Assembly: GCF_963506605.1 (NCBI RefSeq)
Contig: NC_083281.1
Coordinates: 42,966,001-43,030,000, forward strand
Reading direction: 5' to 3'
Source: Zootoca vivipara
Lineage: Eukaryota
Length of the DNA: 64,000 nt
A program made the translations under genes and the position numbers. Under the pieces are notes generated by a model. It searched no databases and was not told the origin of the DNA. It saw nothing but the letters and a program-made list of their open reading frames with translations. Within the stretch, counting starts at the first letter, position 1; each line of letters opens with the position of its first letter. Of the stretch, positions 11,660-24,750 are shown one piece after another.

Positions 11660-14623
11660 GCTGACATGCAGGAATAGTTGGATGTAATACAAAAATAGGT
11701 CTCTATACAAATTATCTTTGCAATTTTTTTTACAATAGGATCTTTTGTCTCTGGTGTCTCACCCGGCTTGGAATCCACAAAAACACAACCCAGACAGCTC
11801 ACCCCAATTTCCACACACCCCAATTTCCACACACCCTCACTCCCCATTTCCTTTCAGTTTGCTTTTCATCACCATGCCCAGAGTTGGGCGGAGCACACAG
11901 CTTGACAGCCTGTCGAGTATTGCTATGTTTTTTTGAGGATGGAGAGAGTCCCAATGCAAAACACACAGCCAGCTCTGCTGGGGAAGATGGTCAGTACTGG
12001 TGAAGGGGAGGAGAGAGAGAGAGAGGAAGCAGAGGGAGCAGAGGCTTCCCTGCCTGAATTCTGAGAAGGGAAGGAAGAGCTGGCCCTGCCCAGGGGGTTT
12101 TCTATTGCTACTGACACAGGAAATATTCCAGGCAGAGGAGAAGTCCACAGAAACCTCCTGCTTGGGAAGTGGACTAGAAAGTATCGCGAAAGCTGGCCCA
12201 CACCTTGCCTGTCATCCTACACTTTCTGCTGGCTGTGCCCCACCTTCCAATACTGCTAAGAAAACACGTCAGCTGGGACTAGAGCCCCATAGAAAGCTGT
12301 AGGTGGGACTGAGAGGAACTGCTAAGGGGAAATCAGTGGGTCTGTCTTCAGCAGAATAGTTCATTTTGGAGGTGTGCAGGCCCCGCTCAAGCAGGACACC
12401 TCGCATGTGCTTCCAGATGACAAGATGGGCAACTCAGTTTTTGGAGTGGGGAAAATATCTTACCCCCAGACTGAGGGATTCCTCCATCTTGTGGGCTATG
12501 ATGGTGTTGCAAGCAACAGTCCCAAAAGCTACCAGGGAGGCTGGGCCCTGGAACACCAGATCCAGGGGGCTACAGAAACTGGCTCACCTGGAGAGGTTTG
12601 GCCCACAGAAGGGGCTGTGAAATGGGAGCCCAAATTTACTGCCCCCATCTGGGCCAAGCAAGGGATGCCATTAAGCTTGTTAGCGTTCACCGATCCAGTT
12701 TTGGCTTGATCCACAGAGCTAATGCCTTATAGACAGGTTTATGCTGTGTATCTTGGCCAGAGTGCATGGGGGGCTGGTGACCTTTGAGGGGTTGCTTACC
12801 ATCCACCCCTAGCGAGAGAGCAAAATAAACTGTTCCTGGGTTTTCCTAACTCCATCCCTGTTTCCCAACTTAGCAACGATGAGAAAGCAAGAGAACAACC
12901 AAAGGAGAGTCTGCCCCACGGAGGGGAGGGGAGGGGATTGTAGATCAGGCACAGAGGTTCTGCAAGGAAGTTTACACTTGGTTGGTTTTCTTCTTCTTTC
13001 TTTTTTTAAACAAGATTTGCAGAATTCTTTTGCAGTTCTCGTCAGTAGAAAAGAATTCCTTGTGCTGAAGTCCGATTTCAGGATCTACAACCTTCGCTAG
13101 TCCTCCTCTTTGCACCATGTAAGCCCATTCACACTAAGGGAGGCCGTTGTCCTCGGCTGGTGAGGACTTTGTTCATTCATCTCAGGGCCATCCAACAGCC
13201 CCACTCCAGCCAGACTGCAGAGGTCTTGAGCCAACTTCCCTCAGGTCAGTGTTGCTTCCTGGATACTGCAACCCTGCTTCTGCTGGCACCCAATGGTTCA
13301 ACAGGGTGGGTGGAGAGGGGACACGTTTTGAGACAATTTTCGAAAGGGTGATGAAGGCTGACCGGAAATGGGAAGGGAGTGGAAATGGGGCAGCACAGCC
13401 TAGGGGAGGGTTGCTTGAGAAGAGCTTATCTGGCAAGAGAGGCATCCAGTTCCAACAAACGAGGCTCAGAAATGATCCAGCCCAGTCCCACCAAGACCTG
13501 CTGTTTGCACAGCATCAGGGGAACACTCCTGCCCACCCACCCCGCAAATAATAATAATAATAAATGCCATGGTGGGGGAATTGCCTGTGACAAGATGGCA
13601 ATGGCAAGACAAAGCAAAGAGCACATAAAGGAGTGGAGACCAGCAGGCATTTCTGAACCTGAGACAGCCGGGGGTGGGGGTGGGGGACAAAACAAAAACG
13701 AAGCAAGCGAACCCTTTTCACATTTTTCACAGATTTATCCCTTCAGCCGTACCAGTGTGGGTGAGGAGGAGGCAGGGAGAAATGTCAACAGAATTAATGC
13801 AACGTTACTGCACCTTTCAAAAGCTACCATTTAAAAAGGAAGGAAAACAGAACAAAACAAAAACCCTCCCGGGATATCCCCAAATAATTAAAGTGATTGG
13901 GAAAGGGAGGATTGGGCCCTCAGAAAAGCTACATTTTTTTTTTAAACAGCCCCTGGTTTGGAACTCTTTCCCCAGGTCAGAATCTGCAGAGCGAGGCTTT
14001 CTCACGTGGAGAGAAGCTCGTAGTGGAGGCAACCCATTTGCTAAGCCTGTGGTCACGCAGAGGGCCCGAAACCAACGTTTACACAAAATATATTCAAACC
14101 AGGTGTTAAATTAAAAATAGAACAAAGGGTATGGGGGAGGGGGTTTAAGAAATAGTTACTTTCATGAAACCCACCAGGGGGGAGGGAAGAAAGGAGAGGG
14201 AAATGATTAAGCTTATTCAAACCAGACAGAGCAAAGAACGGCCCACGTGGTCTCCGCAGCAGTCCAACGTCTGCGTCAGAAAAGAAGCCTGCGGGGGCAA
14301 ACTTTGCCAAAAAAAACCGCTCCTCATTTCAGTCCAGAGAACAGTGTGGTTAAAAAGAGGCAGAGAGGTAGATTTCAGAGTCATGATTAAAAGCAGATTA
14401 GCTGTCTAGGTGTGGAGTTAAAATCCGCCAGCCGTTTCCCCAGACAGTTGGGGTCTTTCCCTTGCTGCCCCCTCCAGGGTTGGGGGGCAAAGCCCAGCAG
14501 GTGAGGCCCATTGAGCACTCAGCACACAGGGGAAGACTGCTACATTGTGAGGGATCCTGGGACCTGGCTGTCGCTGTCGCACGCCCCGTCAGGGGCAAGA
14601 GACCCATGGTGGGGTGGGAGGAG

Positions 14624-14842
14624 CTACTTCCGAAGGTAGCGCTGTGCAAGGATGGCCGCGTCCAAGGGGTTCATTGGCTGGGCGTCGTGGCCCAGGCGCC
14701 GCACCGGAGGGATGTTCCCAAACTGCCGCTTTTGGAGGAAGCTCTTAGCCTCGTGGAGCGTGTTCTTCTCCTCGGCCAGCAGCAGCTGCTGCCTCATGTA
14801 GTTCTCAAACTCGTACTGCGAACACTCTTCCGTCACCTTCGC
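14624..14842 (-). CDS. STK40: STK40 last coding exon
   Basis: AKVTEECSQYEFENYMRQQLLLAEEK...AILAQRYLRK*; TAG at 14624-14626; exons sum to 1302 nt = 433 aa with all phases consistent. Confidence 0.97.
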   Translation of the reverse strand, partial: AKVTEECSQYEFENYMRQQLLLAEEKNTLHEAKSFLQKRQFGNIPPVRRLGHDAQPMNPLDAAILAQRYLRK

Positions 14843-15640
14843 CTGCGAGGAAGAGGAGCCCTGTTAGAGACCACCAGGAAGGTGGGGGCCAGACCTGCTT
14901 GCAACAGCATCCCCCCATCATTTGTACACAAGCTCACTGCTCCACTGCACACACCAAGAAGCCTGCCAGGCTCATTTTCTGCATTCACAAGTTGCTCCCC
15001 ACCCCCTTCCATGTTCAAGTGCCTGGGAATCCCAGATTCGTTCAGAGCAGTGGGCATATGACTTGAGAGCAAGCTCTGAGAGGCGGCAAAGGTCTCTGCT
15101 GCAAGGAGCCGCCAGATTCGCAGCACTCGAACACAATCTGGGGGCTCCTAATATTTGGCAGGAATGTCCTCAAACATTCCAACTGCCAAAGGGAAAGCAG
15201 GAGGGGCCTGGAGGAAAGGCAGGTGGAGTCAGCTAAGAAGGGGAGGGGCCACCTGCAGGTGGAGAGAGAGAAAAAGAGGAGGCCAAGAGACCAGCTGAAT
15301 TTCATGGACAGGCTGAGGAGGTTGACTTCAGATCCCCAGTAGCATTTAATAATACTTAAGAATCTGCATTAAAATTGCAATTGGGTTTAAAAATGTGTCG
15401 CAATCTCGGAGAGCTTTCTCAGCAAGACATTTCCCCAGCCATCATTTCTCAACAGCTCTGTGGCTCTGGGAGCAAGCCTCCTGGGAATGGGGCTTCAGAA
15501 TGGAGCAGAGCTCCTTTGACCCCCCCCCCCAAATACAGCTTGTAGAAAATATGCAAATCAAGCAAGACACACCATCCAATCAGGCCCCAGAGCCCGTCTC
15601 CCTCAAGGGCAAGTGATCTCGCTCAGCAGGCAGGTCTTAC

Positions 15641-15725
15641 CTCGTGTGCGCTTTCTGGATTGGCCACCTGGTCATCTATGTCAGGCACCACTTGCAAGGG
15701 CCCGCTCAGCAGGGACATGGACTGC
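15641..15725 (-). CDS. STK40: STK40 coding exon 9 (COP1-binding VP motif QVVPD)
   Basis: QSMSLLSGPLQVVPDIDDQVANPESAHE; 85 nt; AG/GT. Confidence 0.95.
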
Positions 15726-16626
15726 CTGCAGGAGAGACAGGCTGGTGGGTCAGGAGGCGGCACATTTGTGCCAACCTCAGAGGTGGCCTAAGCCCCCAGT
15801 TGGAAGACGGCAACCCTCACACACTGCACCCAGGAGCCTTGCCCACCCACCTCACCATTTCTCAGCATGCACAAGCCAGCAGCACCTGACTGTGAAGCAG
15901 CAGCACAGGACTGGGGGGGGGCAACAACCTCTAGACCATAATGGTTATTATGGGTGCTTCTTTATTAGTGGACCAAAGGGGGAAGTGCTGTAGGCGCTCG
16001 TCCAGCACATGCTTCAAGCAGTTGTTCCATCCCCTGGATCGTTTTGGCTGTCCTTTGCCAGCTCTACAATATCCCGTTAAAGACCTGGTGGCCACAACTG
16101 TAAGAGGTCTTCCACAGTGCCCACTGTCAAGAAAGGCAAGCCTTTTCCTGGGCTGGGCATTGAAGGACACAAATTGGGTGCTTCCTCCTCCTCCATTTAG
16201 TTGAGAAGTAAGTAAAGGTGGCTTCTGTAACAGGGTATAAAACTTAGCTCAAGAAGATGCTCTTTTAGCAAAGGGCGCAAGGTGAGGAGGAGGGTGAAAT
16301 TATGCCACATGCAGCATTAATACTCAAGAGACATGGTCCAGGGTGTTCCTTCCGAAGAAGTTGAGACAACATTTCCTGTGTCTTTTGGCCAATGTTCAAA
16401 GCATTTACAAAAGACTCCTCCACCCAGCCTTCCCAACAAAGCTCACTACTTCACCGCAGGCCAGCTTTGGGCTGGAGGGGTGAGCAGATGGGCTGACGTT
16501 GCCCCCAGATTTGGTTGGCGCCTGCGAGAACAGATGCTGGGTGAGATGGGCCTTTGGCCTGATCCATCTGCAGGGCTCTTTGAAGGATTTTATCCCCTTC
16601 CCCCTCCCCTTCCCCCCCACACTCAC

Positions 16627-16746
16627 CAGGAAGCAATGATGGAACTGAGGGAGTCGAGCACCTCGGAGGCTGTCAGACGCTGCTGAGGGTCCAAGACGAG
16701 CAGCTTTCGGATCAAGCACACAGTGTTTTCCGACACCCGCCCATCT
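16627..16746 (-). CDS. STK40: STK40 coding exon 8
   Basis: DGRVSENTVCLIRKLLVLDPQQRLTASEVLDSLSSIIAS(W); 120 nt; AG/GT. Confidence 0.96.
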
Positions 16747-16847
16747 CTGCCAAGAAAAAGCGAGAGTGAGGGGCAGTGGAGCTACGCAAACCAGGGGCAC
16801 CAAGGCCCAGAACCCTGTGGCCAGGCCTGCTCCCGACCCATACTTAC

Positions 16848-16992
16848 TCGGGGATGGTGTATTCAGCAGCCTTGATCTTGCGGAAGAGCTCCTGGGGGAT
16901 GCTGTCGTAGAAGGGGAACTGCCCGTACAGCATGGTGAAGAGGACCACGCCCAGGGCCCACATGTCGCTGGGCTTCCCACGATACGGCCGGC
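16848..16992 (-). CDS. STK40: STK40 coding exon 7
   Basis: RPYRGKPSDMWALGVVLFTMLYGQFPFYDSIPQELFRKIKAAEYTIP(E); 145 nt; AG/GT. Confidence 0.97.
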
Positions 16993-17256
16993 CTGCAAAC
17001 AGAGAGAGACGGCCCCGGAGTGTTAGCAGGGCCCATCCAGGAGAAGGAGGAGGAAGAGGAGGAGGAAGACAAAGGAGAGGCACTAAGCAACCAGCTTGTG
17101 GGCTGGTCTCACGTTCCCTTCATACACCCCGTCTTGGGCCCAACATCGGAGGGGCTCAGTGCCGAGTCACATGCCTGTGATGTCACTCATGCAAAGCCGG
17201 GAGGAGCCCCCTTTGGGAGAAAGGTCTGGGGGCTGCCGCGGGATGTTACTGCCTAC

Positions 17257-17372
17257 CACTGAGGACGTCAGGGCTGATGTAGGCGGGGCTCCCACGCTGG
17301 TCCTTCAGGAGGTCATCTTCACTCACCAAGTGCTTCCCCAGGCAGAAGTTTGTGATGGTGATTCGGTGGGTC
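17257..17372 (-). CDS. STK40: STK40 coding exon 6 (DFG replaced by NFC, pseudokinase signature)
   Basis: THRITITNFCLGKHLVSEDDLLKDQRGSPAYISPDVLS(G); 116 nt; AG/GT. Confidence 0.96.
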
Positions 17373-18964
17373 CTGAAGGGGAGAAAAAGTTAGTGGCCGG
17401 GTAACGGCGGGGTGGGAGTGAGGGGTGTTGGAGTGGTATGAATGCCTGGGGTGTCAACGAAGACACTGAAGGCCGCTCTGAGGAATAATGCCAACAGTGG
17501 ATGGACCACATGGGATTTGGGGGAGTTTGGTACGACATACACATCAGAATTATTGAGAGCCACTGTGGTGCAGCAGATTAGCTGGGAAGACACAAATTCA
17601 AACCCTCCCTTCAGCTGCAAAGCTCTCTGGGTGACCTAAGACCAGTCAGTAACTTTCTCAGTCTAGCCTACCACACGCAAGGGCATGTGGGTGTATGGAT
17701 TCAAGACCATGTATATTGGCCTGAGCAACTTGGAGAAGCACTGTATAAATATGCCACTGCCTATCTACCTAAATTTGTGAACTCAGGTTCAGCTTTAACT
17801 TTGATGTTCAGAGTGTGAAGAATCATCCTCAAAGCCCTGATTCAGCCTTCACCAACTTGATGCCCTCCAGACGCTTTGGACTAAAACACCCTTCAGTCCT
17901 CCACAAATGCAGAGAGCACTAAGATGGCAAACGTTGCATTAACCCCTAGGAGTTGGGGGTCTGGCACTCCCCTGAAAGGTTGTGCCAGATTTATTGACCT
18001 TCACTCAAGAAATACGAGTGGACTTTTGACAAGTTGGGAGTGGGAGGGAGGGACGACGGAGCAACAGGCCTGAATGCACAAGAATCAGCAGGCCTGGATG
18101 TTCTTTGGCTAAATTAACTGAGACTTTTTTTAAAAGAAAGAAAGAAGTCAGCATTCCAAACAGCCAGCTCCTGATGACTCTCCTGTGAGCGAGGGTGGAG
18201 GACGGCCTCAGCTCATAAACATCCGCCATGTCCTCCTGGCAGATGACGATGTTTTCTTGGCAATGAAGCCATCAGGAGATCAGCATCCAAGGTGCTTCAG
18301 CTGTGAAATGTATGAATGGCTGTTTTCAGGCAGCCAAAAACTGACCTCATCCCACAGGGGATCAGGAAGGAGCAATAAATGGCACCACTTGCCTCACTGT
18401 GATCCTGGATGAGCGAGGGCCACCCGAAGGGGCATTTCTGCACTACCAGGCTGTTGCTCAACAGATATTTGCCTGCTTCACATATCTTGCTCCACAAGGC
18501 TATTTGATGCGCTTTTAAGGCAGCGGGGGCAACAGAAACAAGAACATGCCCGCAAGAACATTGCCTTGTGGACACCTTGAATGCAAAAATACTGCTGGAT
18601 CCCTGGGATAAGGCCGACTCAGGAAGAGTTCATTCTTGGTAAAAGAGCCAAAGTCAATGAAAGGCACTTTGAGCCACGAATATCACTTCAGAAAATCAAC
18701 TGCAGGGCTGGAACTCAGAGAACCTTCCAGGGGCGAACCAGATCCTTTTTCAGGGTCGTTCATCCCCAACTCCCTAGAACACCTTTCCCCATCCTGGTAC
18801 CCTCCAAAACTTTAGGACTTTAATTCCCATCAGCCCCACTCAATGACCAACATTAAAGGGTTATGAGAGATGCAGTCCCAAACACCTGAAAGGCACTAGG
18901 TGCGTTTCATTTTTAGGAGTGTAAGAGCGGCCCTAGTGGGTGATATCAAAAGGTTCATCTAACC

Positions 18965-19284
18965 CAGGGGTCAGCAAACGTTTTCAGCAGGAGGCTGGTC
19001 CACTGTCCCTCAGACTTGTGGGGAGCCGGACTATATTTTGGGGAAAAAATAGGAATGAATTCCTATGCCCCACAAATAACCCAGAGATGCATTTTAAATA
19101 AAAGGACACATTCTACTCATGTAAAAACACCAGGCAGGCCCCACAAATAACCCAGAGGTGTATTTTAAATAAAAGGACACATTCTACTCATGTAAAAACA
19201 TGCTGGTTCCCGGACTGTCCGCGGGCCGGATTTAGAAGGCGATTGGGCCGCATCCGGCCCCCGGGCCTTAGTTTGGGGACCCTG
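18965..19284. mobile_element. hAT-type non-autonomous DNA transposon (MITE) with 8-bp TSD
   Basis: TIRs CAGGGGTCAGCAAAC / GTTTGGGGACCCTG; TSD ATCTAACC at 18957-18964 and 19285-19292; internal ~70-bp tandem duplication. Confidence 0.85.
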
Positions 19285-19888
19285 ATCTAACCCAATATCC
19301 TTTTTTCCAAATGCAGCAGCTTAAGTATCTCCAAGAAGTTCACAAGCCAGGCATGAAGCCACATGTATGCCTTGTATGTTTCAGAACAGATATAACTTGT
19401 GCTTGTGGGTGGCAGGGGCTTGAACAGGCAAAGTCTTGCCAGAAACATGAGTCACATTATGTGGAGCCTGTGAGTGTGTGCAAGCAATGAATACAAAAGC
19501 TACTGATGTGAGATAACATCTTATTTAAAGGGGTGCATGGAGCTGTCAGCGGCATTCCTCACTGTGAACCCCGAGTTGTCTGGGAGCAAAGGAAGGGAGA
19601 GGGCAGTGGCAGCTATTGGAAGTTACACTCTTTCTCCTGTGACCTCGCTAAACTCCTAAGGAAGGCTGAAGTGCTTCCTCCGGGGAAAAACAAGCAAACA
19701 AGACACTGCCTTCTAAGGTTGCTGTTTGATTTGTGTGTGGATGCACAGACTGAAAAGCGGGAGCTTTCTTGGCAGGTATTTCCCAGCACATACAGGAGCT
19801 CAACTTTCTTTGGTGTGCGACCTCAATCCGCACAAATCCCACCAGCTGCAAATAATGTTCCAGAATGAAAATTGCAAAGGGGGCTCAC

Positions 19889-19941
19889 CTTTTGTTCAGT
19901 ACCATGTTCCCCAACTTCAAGTCTCTGTGCACAATGTTCTT
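19889..19941 (-). CDS. STK40: STK40 coding exon 5 (catalytic-loop HRDLKLGN)
   Basis: KNIVHRDLKLGNMVLNK(R); 53 nt; tctag acceptor, gtgag donor. Confidence 0.96.
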
Positions 19942-19972
19942 CTAGAAAGACAAGAGGGAATTTATACTATTA

Positions 19973-20186
19973 CAGTGGTACCTCGGGTTACAAACACCTC
20001 GGGTTACAAATACTTCAGGTTACAGACGTTGCTAACCCGGAAGTAGTACCTCAGGTTAAGAACTTTGCCCCAGGATGAGAACAGAAATCGTGCGGTGGCA
20101 GCAGGAGGCCCCATTAGCTAAAGTGATATCTCAGGTTAAGAACTGATCTCCGGAACAAATTAAGTTCGTAACCAGAGGTACCACTG
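19973..20186. mobile_element. Tc1/mariner (Tigger-like) MITE
   Basis: TIRs CAGTGGTACCTC / GAGGTACCACTG; TA on the left flank. Confidence 0.8.
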
Positions 20187-20513
20187 AAGAACAAAGTAGA
20201 TTATCTGGTAAGATAAGAAACTTAAAAGCATAGTTCAATCCCCACCAACCCTAAAGTTGTGCTTGCAGAAAATGGAGTGGATCAAGATATCACTTGTTCA
20301 TTTCACCTGGCCATTTATGACCTGAAGACTTTTGCACCGACTAAGCTGGATATAAGAAGATGCTTTGCACAGAACTCTTTCTAGCTCAGCATCGGCAGAC
20401 CCCACGCCCCCCATCAAAGTACCAGGCCTCCCGCACAGCCACGTGGCTGCCAAAACCCCACAAGGGCCCCACATCTTCCTCACAGCTCCCTGAGACAAGC
20501 AGAGACACCCTAC

Positions 20514-20741
20514 CTTGTGCAAGGCTTCCACTACCCGCACAACGTCGTAGAAAATCACGACGGTCTCCCGTTCGCTGAGGCGCTTCTCCTTGATGACATA
20601 GTGCTGCAGGTTGATGAGGTCGGCTGTCTTGTCGCTGAAGTCATGGGCGCAGAGGCAGTCCAGCACCAGACAGATGCGCTTCTTCATCTTACGCACCATC
20701 CGGTTGGATTCCAGGTCTTCCACATGCTCACAGGCTCGGTC
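20514..20741 (-). CDS. STK40: STK40 coding exon 4
   Basis: DRACEHVEDLESNRMVRKMKKRICLVLDCLCAHDFSDKTADLINLQHYVIKEKRLSERETVVIFYDVVRVVEALHK; 228 nt; AG/GT. Confidence 0.97.
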
Positions 20742-21891
20742 CTGCGGAACCCAAACAAGGATGCAGGCAGGTGTCATTTTAATCTGGGAGAGATGGTGCC
20801 AAACTGGCCTTTCCCTCCATCAGTGGCTGACCCCCATACTTGCTGCTTGTGTGGCTCCCAAAAGCCAAGACCCCTATCTAGGCCACCACTCCTTGGCACA
20901 AGAGGTCACAGGCAACCCCAAACGCTACACCTGCATGATCAAAGACATGGAATAAAGAGCCCGGTTTTGGGGTTGGAGGAAACTAAGGTATACTCAAAGT
21001 TGACCCCCTGAAATTAATGGGCCTAAGCCAGTCATGCCCATTAACTTCAATGGGCATATTCCAAGTATGACAAATACTGAATGCAACCCTTCTATTTCAA
21101 AAGTCTCTTTTCCAAAAAGGTCTCTTTCCACCAGCACAACAGCAGCATGTATGGCAGGTCTGGGCCCATTCACCTTCTCCAGTCATGTGCTGAATTTACA
21201 TGGATGGATGTGTGTGTTTGGTGGTGGGGGGTGCTGAGAAAAGGCCTCATTGCTGGAATGTGCTGGAATTCTTCCCACTAATGTGCCAGAGACTCAAAAG
21301 GTTGAACTGCTGAATGCTCCACTGAAGAGCTTCCTAAACACTTCAGTTTGGGTCACCTGCAGTCTGTACTATGAACTGCGATTTCTTACCGTCACCATAA
21401 AGTCCAAGGATGGGTTACAACAATGTAAACATATTAAAACCGGGTAAAACAAGTTACAGTCAGAAGAACTTGAAGGCTGTAGCAAAGCCTGAAGAGAGTG
21501 ATATTTTATTGTTGCAGCATGATTGTAAAACATGGAGTCACTGTGGCCCCAGCAGCCTCGGCAAGCAGCTTTAAAATATATTTGATTTGATTAGATATTT
21601 CTTACTCCACTTTTCAGATAACAGATACTGAGCTCAAAGCGGCTCATAATAATCATAATAGCATTTGGGGGTGGATCATGTTGCAAACACTATAATATCA
21701 ATAGTGAAGCAAATATGGGGGCAATCATGATCACAAGAAAAAACATGGCTGAGTGGTTGGATAGGTGTGCAGTGTCTTTTGAAGAACACAGACCCCACAT
21801 CTCTCCAAAGGGCAAAAGCTGATAGAACATGCCACCGGTTGGGCTGGGCAGGGATACAGAACTCCAGTGTGTCCATGATGGCTGTGCTTAC

Positions 21892-22035
21892 CTGGAAAAG
21901 GCCGTGGTGGTGGACCACCCCGTCCTGGTTGTGCAGGAGGGAGAGAAGCGAGTACTCTGTGTGGAGCAGCATCTTTCCCTGGCGCTCCTCCTGGGTTTCC
22001 GTGCCTTTGTCATTCCTGTCCTCCAAGGTGAGGAT
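21892..22035 (-). CDS. STK40: STK40 coding exon 3
   Basis: ILTLEDRNDKGTETQEERQGKMLLHTEYSLLSLLHNQDGVVHHHGLFQ; 144 nt; AG/GT. Confidence 0.96.
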
Positions 22036-22339
22036 CTTTGGGGAAAGCAGGCAAAGAAAAGAAAACACATACATATTGCATTCCTTTCTCGAAAGTCAAC
22101 AAGCTCCAGCATCAAACTGTGCTTGGAATATTTACAGCTGGACCAAGGAAACCCTGGTGCTCGACCTTTGGGGACTTAAGCAGAGCTGCAGCACCCTGGC
22201 AGCACTCTGTGCTGTGGTGTCAGCGGTTTAAAGGCTGACCATCACAGAAGGAACAAGGCCACAGACTGCAGCAGCTGCTGATGCTTCGGCAACCTGGCCA
22301 GCTCTTCTCCAGAAAAAAAGGATTCCACCTGCTGTTTAC

Positions 22340-22425
22340 CTTGAGCTGGTAAAAGTCATCTGTCCCATCCTTCCTTGCCAAACACTGGACGATGCTCGGC
22401 ACTGGGGAGTTGCCCAAGCGAGGCC
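22340..22425 (-). CDS. STK40: STK40 coding exon 2
   Basis: (G)PRLGNSPVPSIVQCLARKDGTDDFYQLK; AG/GT boundaries; 86 nt. Confidence 0.96.
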
Positions 22426-24644
22426 CTGAGAAGGCAAAAGCAGAACAATGAACTTTGCTTCTTCTGACTCATCGCCTACACTGCTCACTGCTGGCAGTTC
22501 AGCTGCCGACCCTGATCATCAGGAAGTTCCCTTTCCCTGCCCGGGATGGATTACATGTCTTTCCGTAAGTCACAAAGAGCTTCAGAGCATGGAGGCCCAA
22601 ATGCTTTGCAGCCCCAAGTGAGAGTTGATGAAGAGAAACAGAAAACAGTGGCCACATAAATGATGTTTGTGTGACTGCTGTTTAGGAAGTATGGGATACA
22701 GGGGTTTTTTTAATTAAAAAAAAAGTCCAGGATTATCTTTACTGTCTCCCTTTGTGTTAGTGAAGTGAGTGGAACAGATAAGCTTGAAAAATTAGGAAGC
22801 CACTAATTTGGCTCCAATATTTACATCTCAACAGTTGCATTTCTAAAAATAGTTAGTAAGACTTTGAAGTATTGTCATACTAATCCAGTAGTTCAAATAA
22901 TCTGGTGTCAAAAAATTACGGTAAGAAGTAAAAAATGTACAGTATATTATTAAAATTTGCATGGAAGCTATAATAGTTTTTTAAGAAGCTTAGGGAGAAA
23001 TGAATGGCTCAGATATATTATATCAGATATGGCACTTTATATTTGCAAGAGATCTACCTTAAACCATCTGTTGGAAAAGGAGAGAATCATTAAACTATGC
23101 AAGTGGTATCTGACCCCAGACAGGCAGTTTGGAATATTTAAAAACCCATAGATCACGGCTGGTGTTGTACTCAAAATATGGCTAATTTCTACCACAGATG
23201 GTGGGCTTGCTTGCAAATTAAATCCTTTTCCAAAACAAGCTAACTACACATTATGCCTAACATGAGGTTACACAATGCCACTAGATCCTCTCTTGAGGTC
23301 AGTAGGCTATTTGAATGACACAGTAAAGAAAGAAAATTAGGGGCTAGTGTGAAAACTATTGTCAGCTGCAAAAATGGTGATTACAGCAGAGTGGAGAGTC
23401 AATCATTTTTGCCACATCAGCAAAAATGTGATTGCTAGAGATTTGGACTATTGTAGAAATTGCCAAGATTACTGAGAACATTCAGTTAAGAGATGGCGGG
23501 CTGTGGGTGGGGACAAAGTTTTCATCACCACTGAACATTATTTCTAAACTTTATGAGGAATAAATATGGATTAGATATTATCTGCTATAATCCATTCAAA
23601 CTAATTTAAGCGATTATGGTTAATGACTGCATTTATAATCCTGGACCATACTTCATCTTATTATATTATCATTGTAGTGGGCTTAAGTGTATTTGGTGCT
23701 ATTGATTGGTATTTTAGTATGTACCAACCTGGAATTAATCTGAATAAGGAAATATAAAGACAGAATGGTATCAGGTAACTTAGAACTGAATTACTATTCT
23801 TCTTGATTGCACATCTAGATAGAGAGAAAGCATACCTGCATTTTAATAGCATTTTAGGTCTTTTAAAGGAGATACAAGAAAGGGCACCCCCTCCAGAATT
23901 GAATCATGGCAGAAACATCACACATGCCAGAAGAGCCTGGCTGTTTTTTACTTTTGGCACAAGCCCTCCTGCTGCTCAGTGGTTGCCAACATGACTTAGT
24001 CCAAACCACCACAGGACCTTGGGAGGCTGCACTTGGGCTATCACAAGGAAACAAGGTGGCCAGGATTGGGCACCGGACACAGCAAGCCATGAAAAGGAGA
24101 AAGGGACAGATCTGTGGAGCAGTGCTTGAATGACCTCCCGACAGCCGAGTCTCTGTTGCTTACCAGGAGGGAGGTGGGAGGGGCAAGGAGGTCAGCAGGA
24201 GCAGAGACAATACAGCACCCCTGCCAGTGTGTTTGCACAGCACTGACCACCACCTCGCCCCTCCTACTTTCCCAGTAAGCAGCAGTGACTTAGCTGTAAG
24301 GTGAGCGACACTGTGTGCTACTGAGGAGCACCAATGTGGTACCAGGGACAGAGCTCTCCTTCAGAACCTTACCTATTCCCCCCTTTCCCAATTTTAGAAA
24401 AATAAAACAAGCTCCTAAACCACCTGGCTGTGAAAATAGGCTTGAATATGGAGGGATCTCAGATGCCAGAGGGGTGGGCAGAATATGACCTAGTTGCCAG
24501 AGAATTAATTGTGCCCAATGCAAGCTCTATGCACATTTGATTAACTTGCATTCTGCACGCCAGCTGCAGAGTAAGCGCAGGGTAGGTTGCAGCCTGCCTT
24601 CGCCAGGTGCAATGCAGCAGATCACAGGCTCTGTTCCTGCTTAC

Positions 24645-24750
24645 CGAGAATGAAAGGTCCTGCCCGCTTGGTGTTGCTGCTGGAAATTCCTGGGCAGAAA
24701 GCCTTGGTGGACGTTTCCCCGCCCCCTCTGTCAGACACTCGCTGGTTCAT
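24645..24750 (-). CDS. STK40: STK40 coding exon 1 (gene exon 2; exon starts 24758 with 8 nt UTR)
   Basis: MNQRVSDRGGGETSTKAFCPGISSSNTKRAGPFIL-G resembles the STK40 N-terminus; ccccag acceptor, gtaag donor; 106 nt. Confidence 0.93.

Noticed and set aside
14462-15061. 199-aa plus-strand ORF
   Set aside because: Antisense shadow of the STK40 last exon
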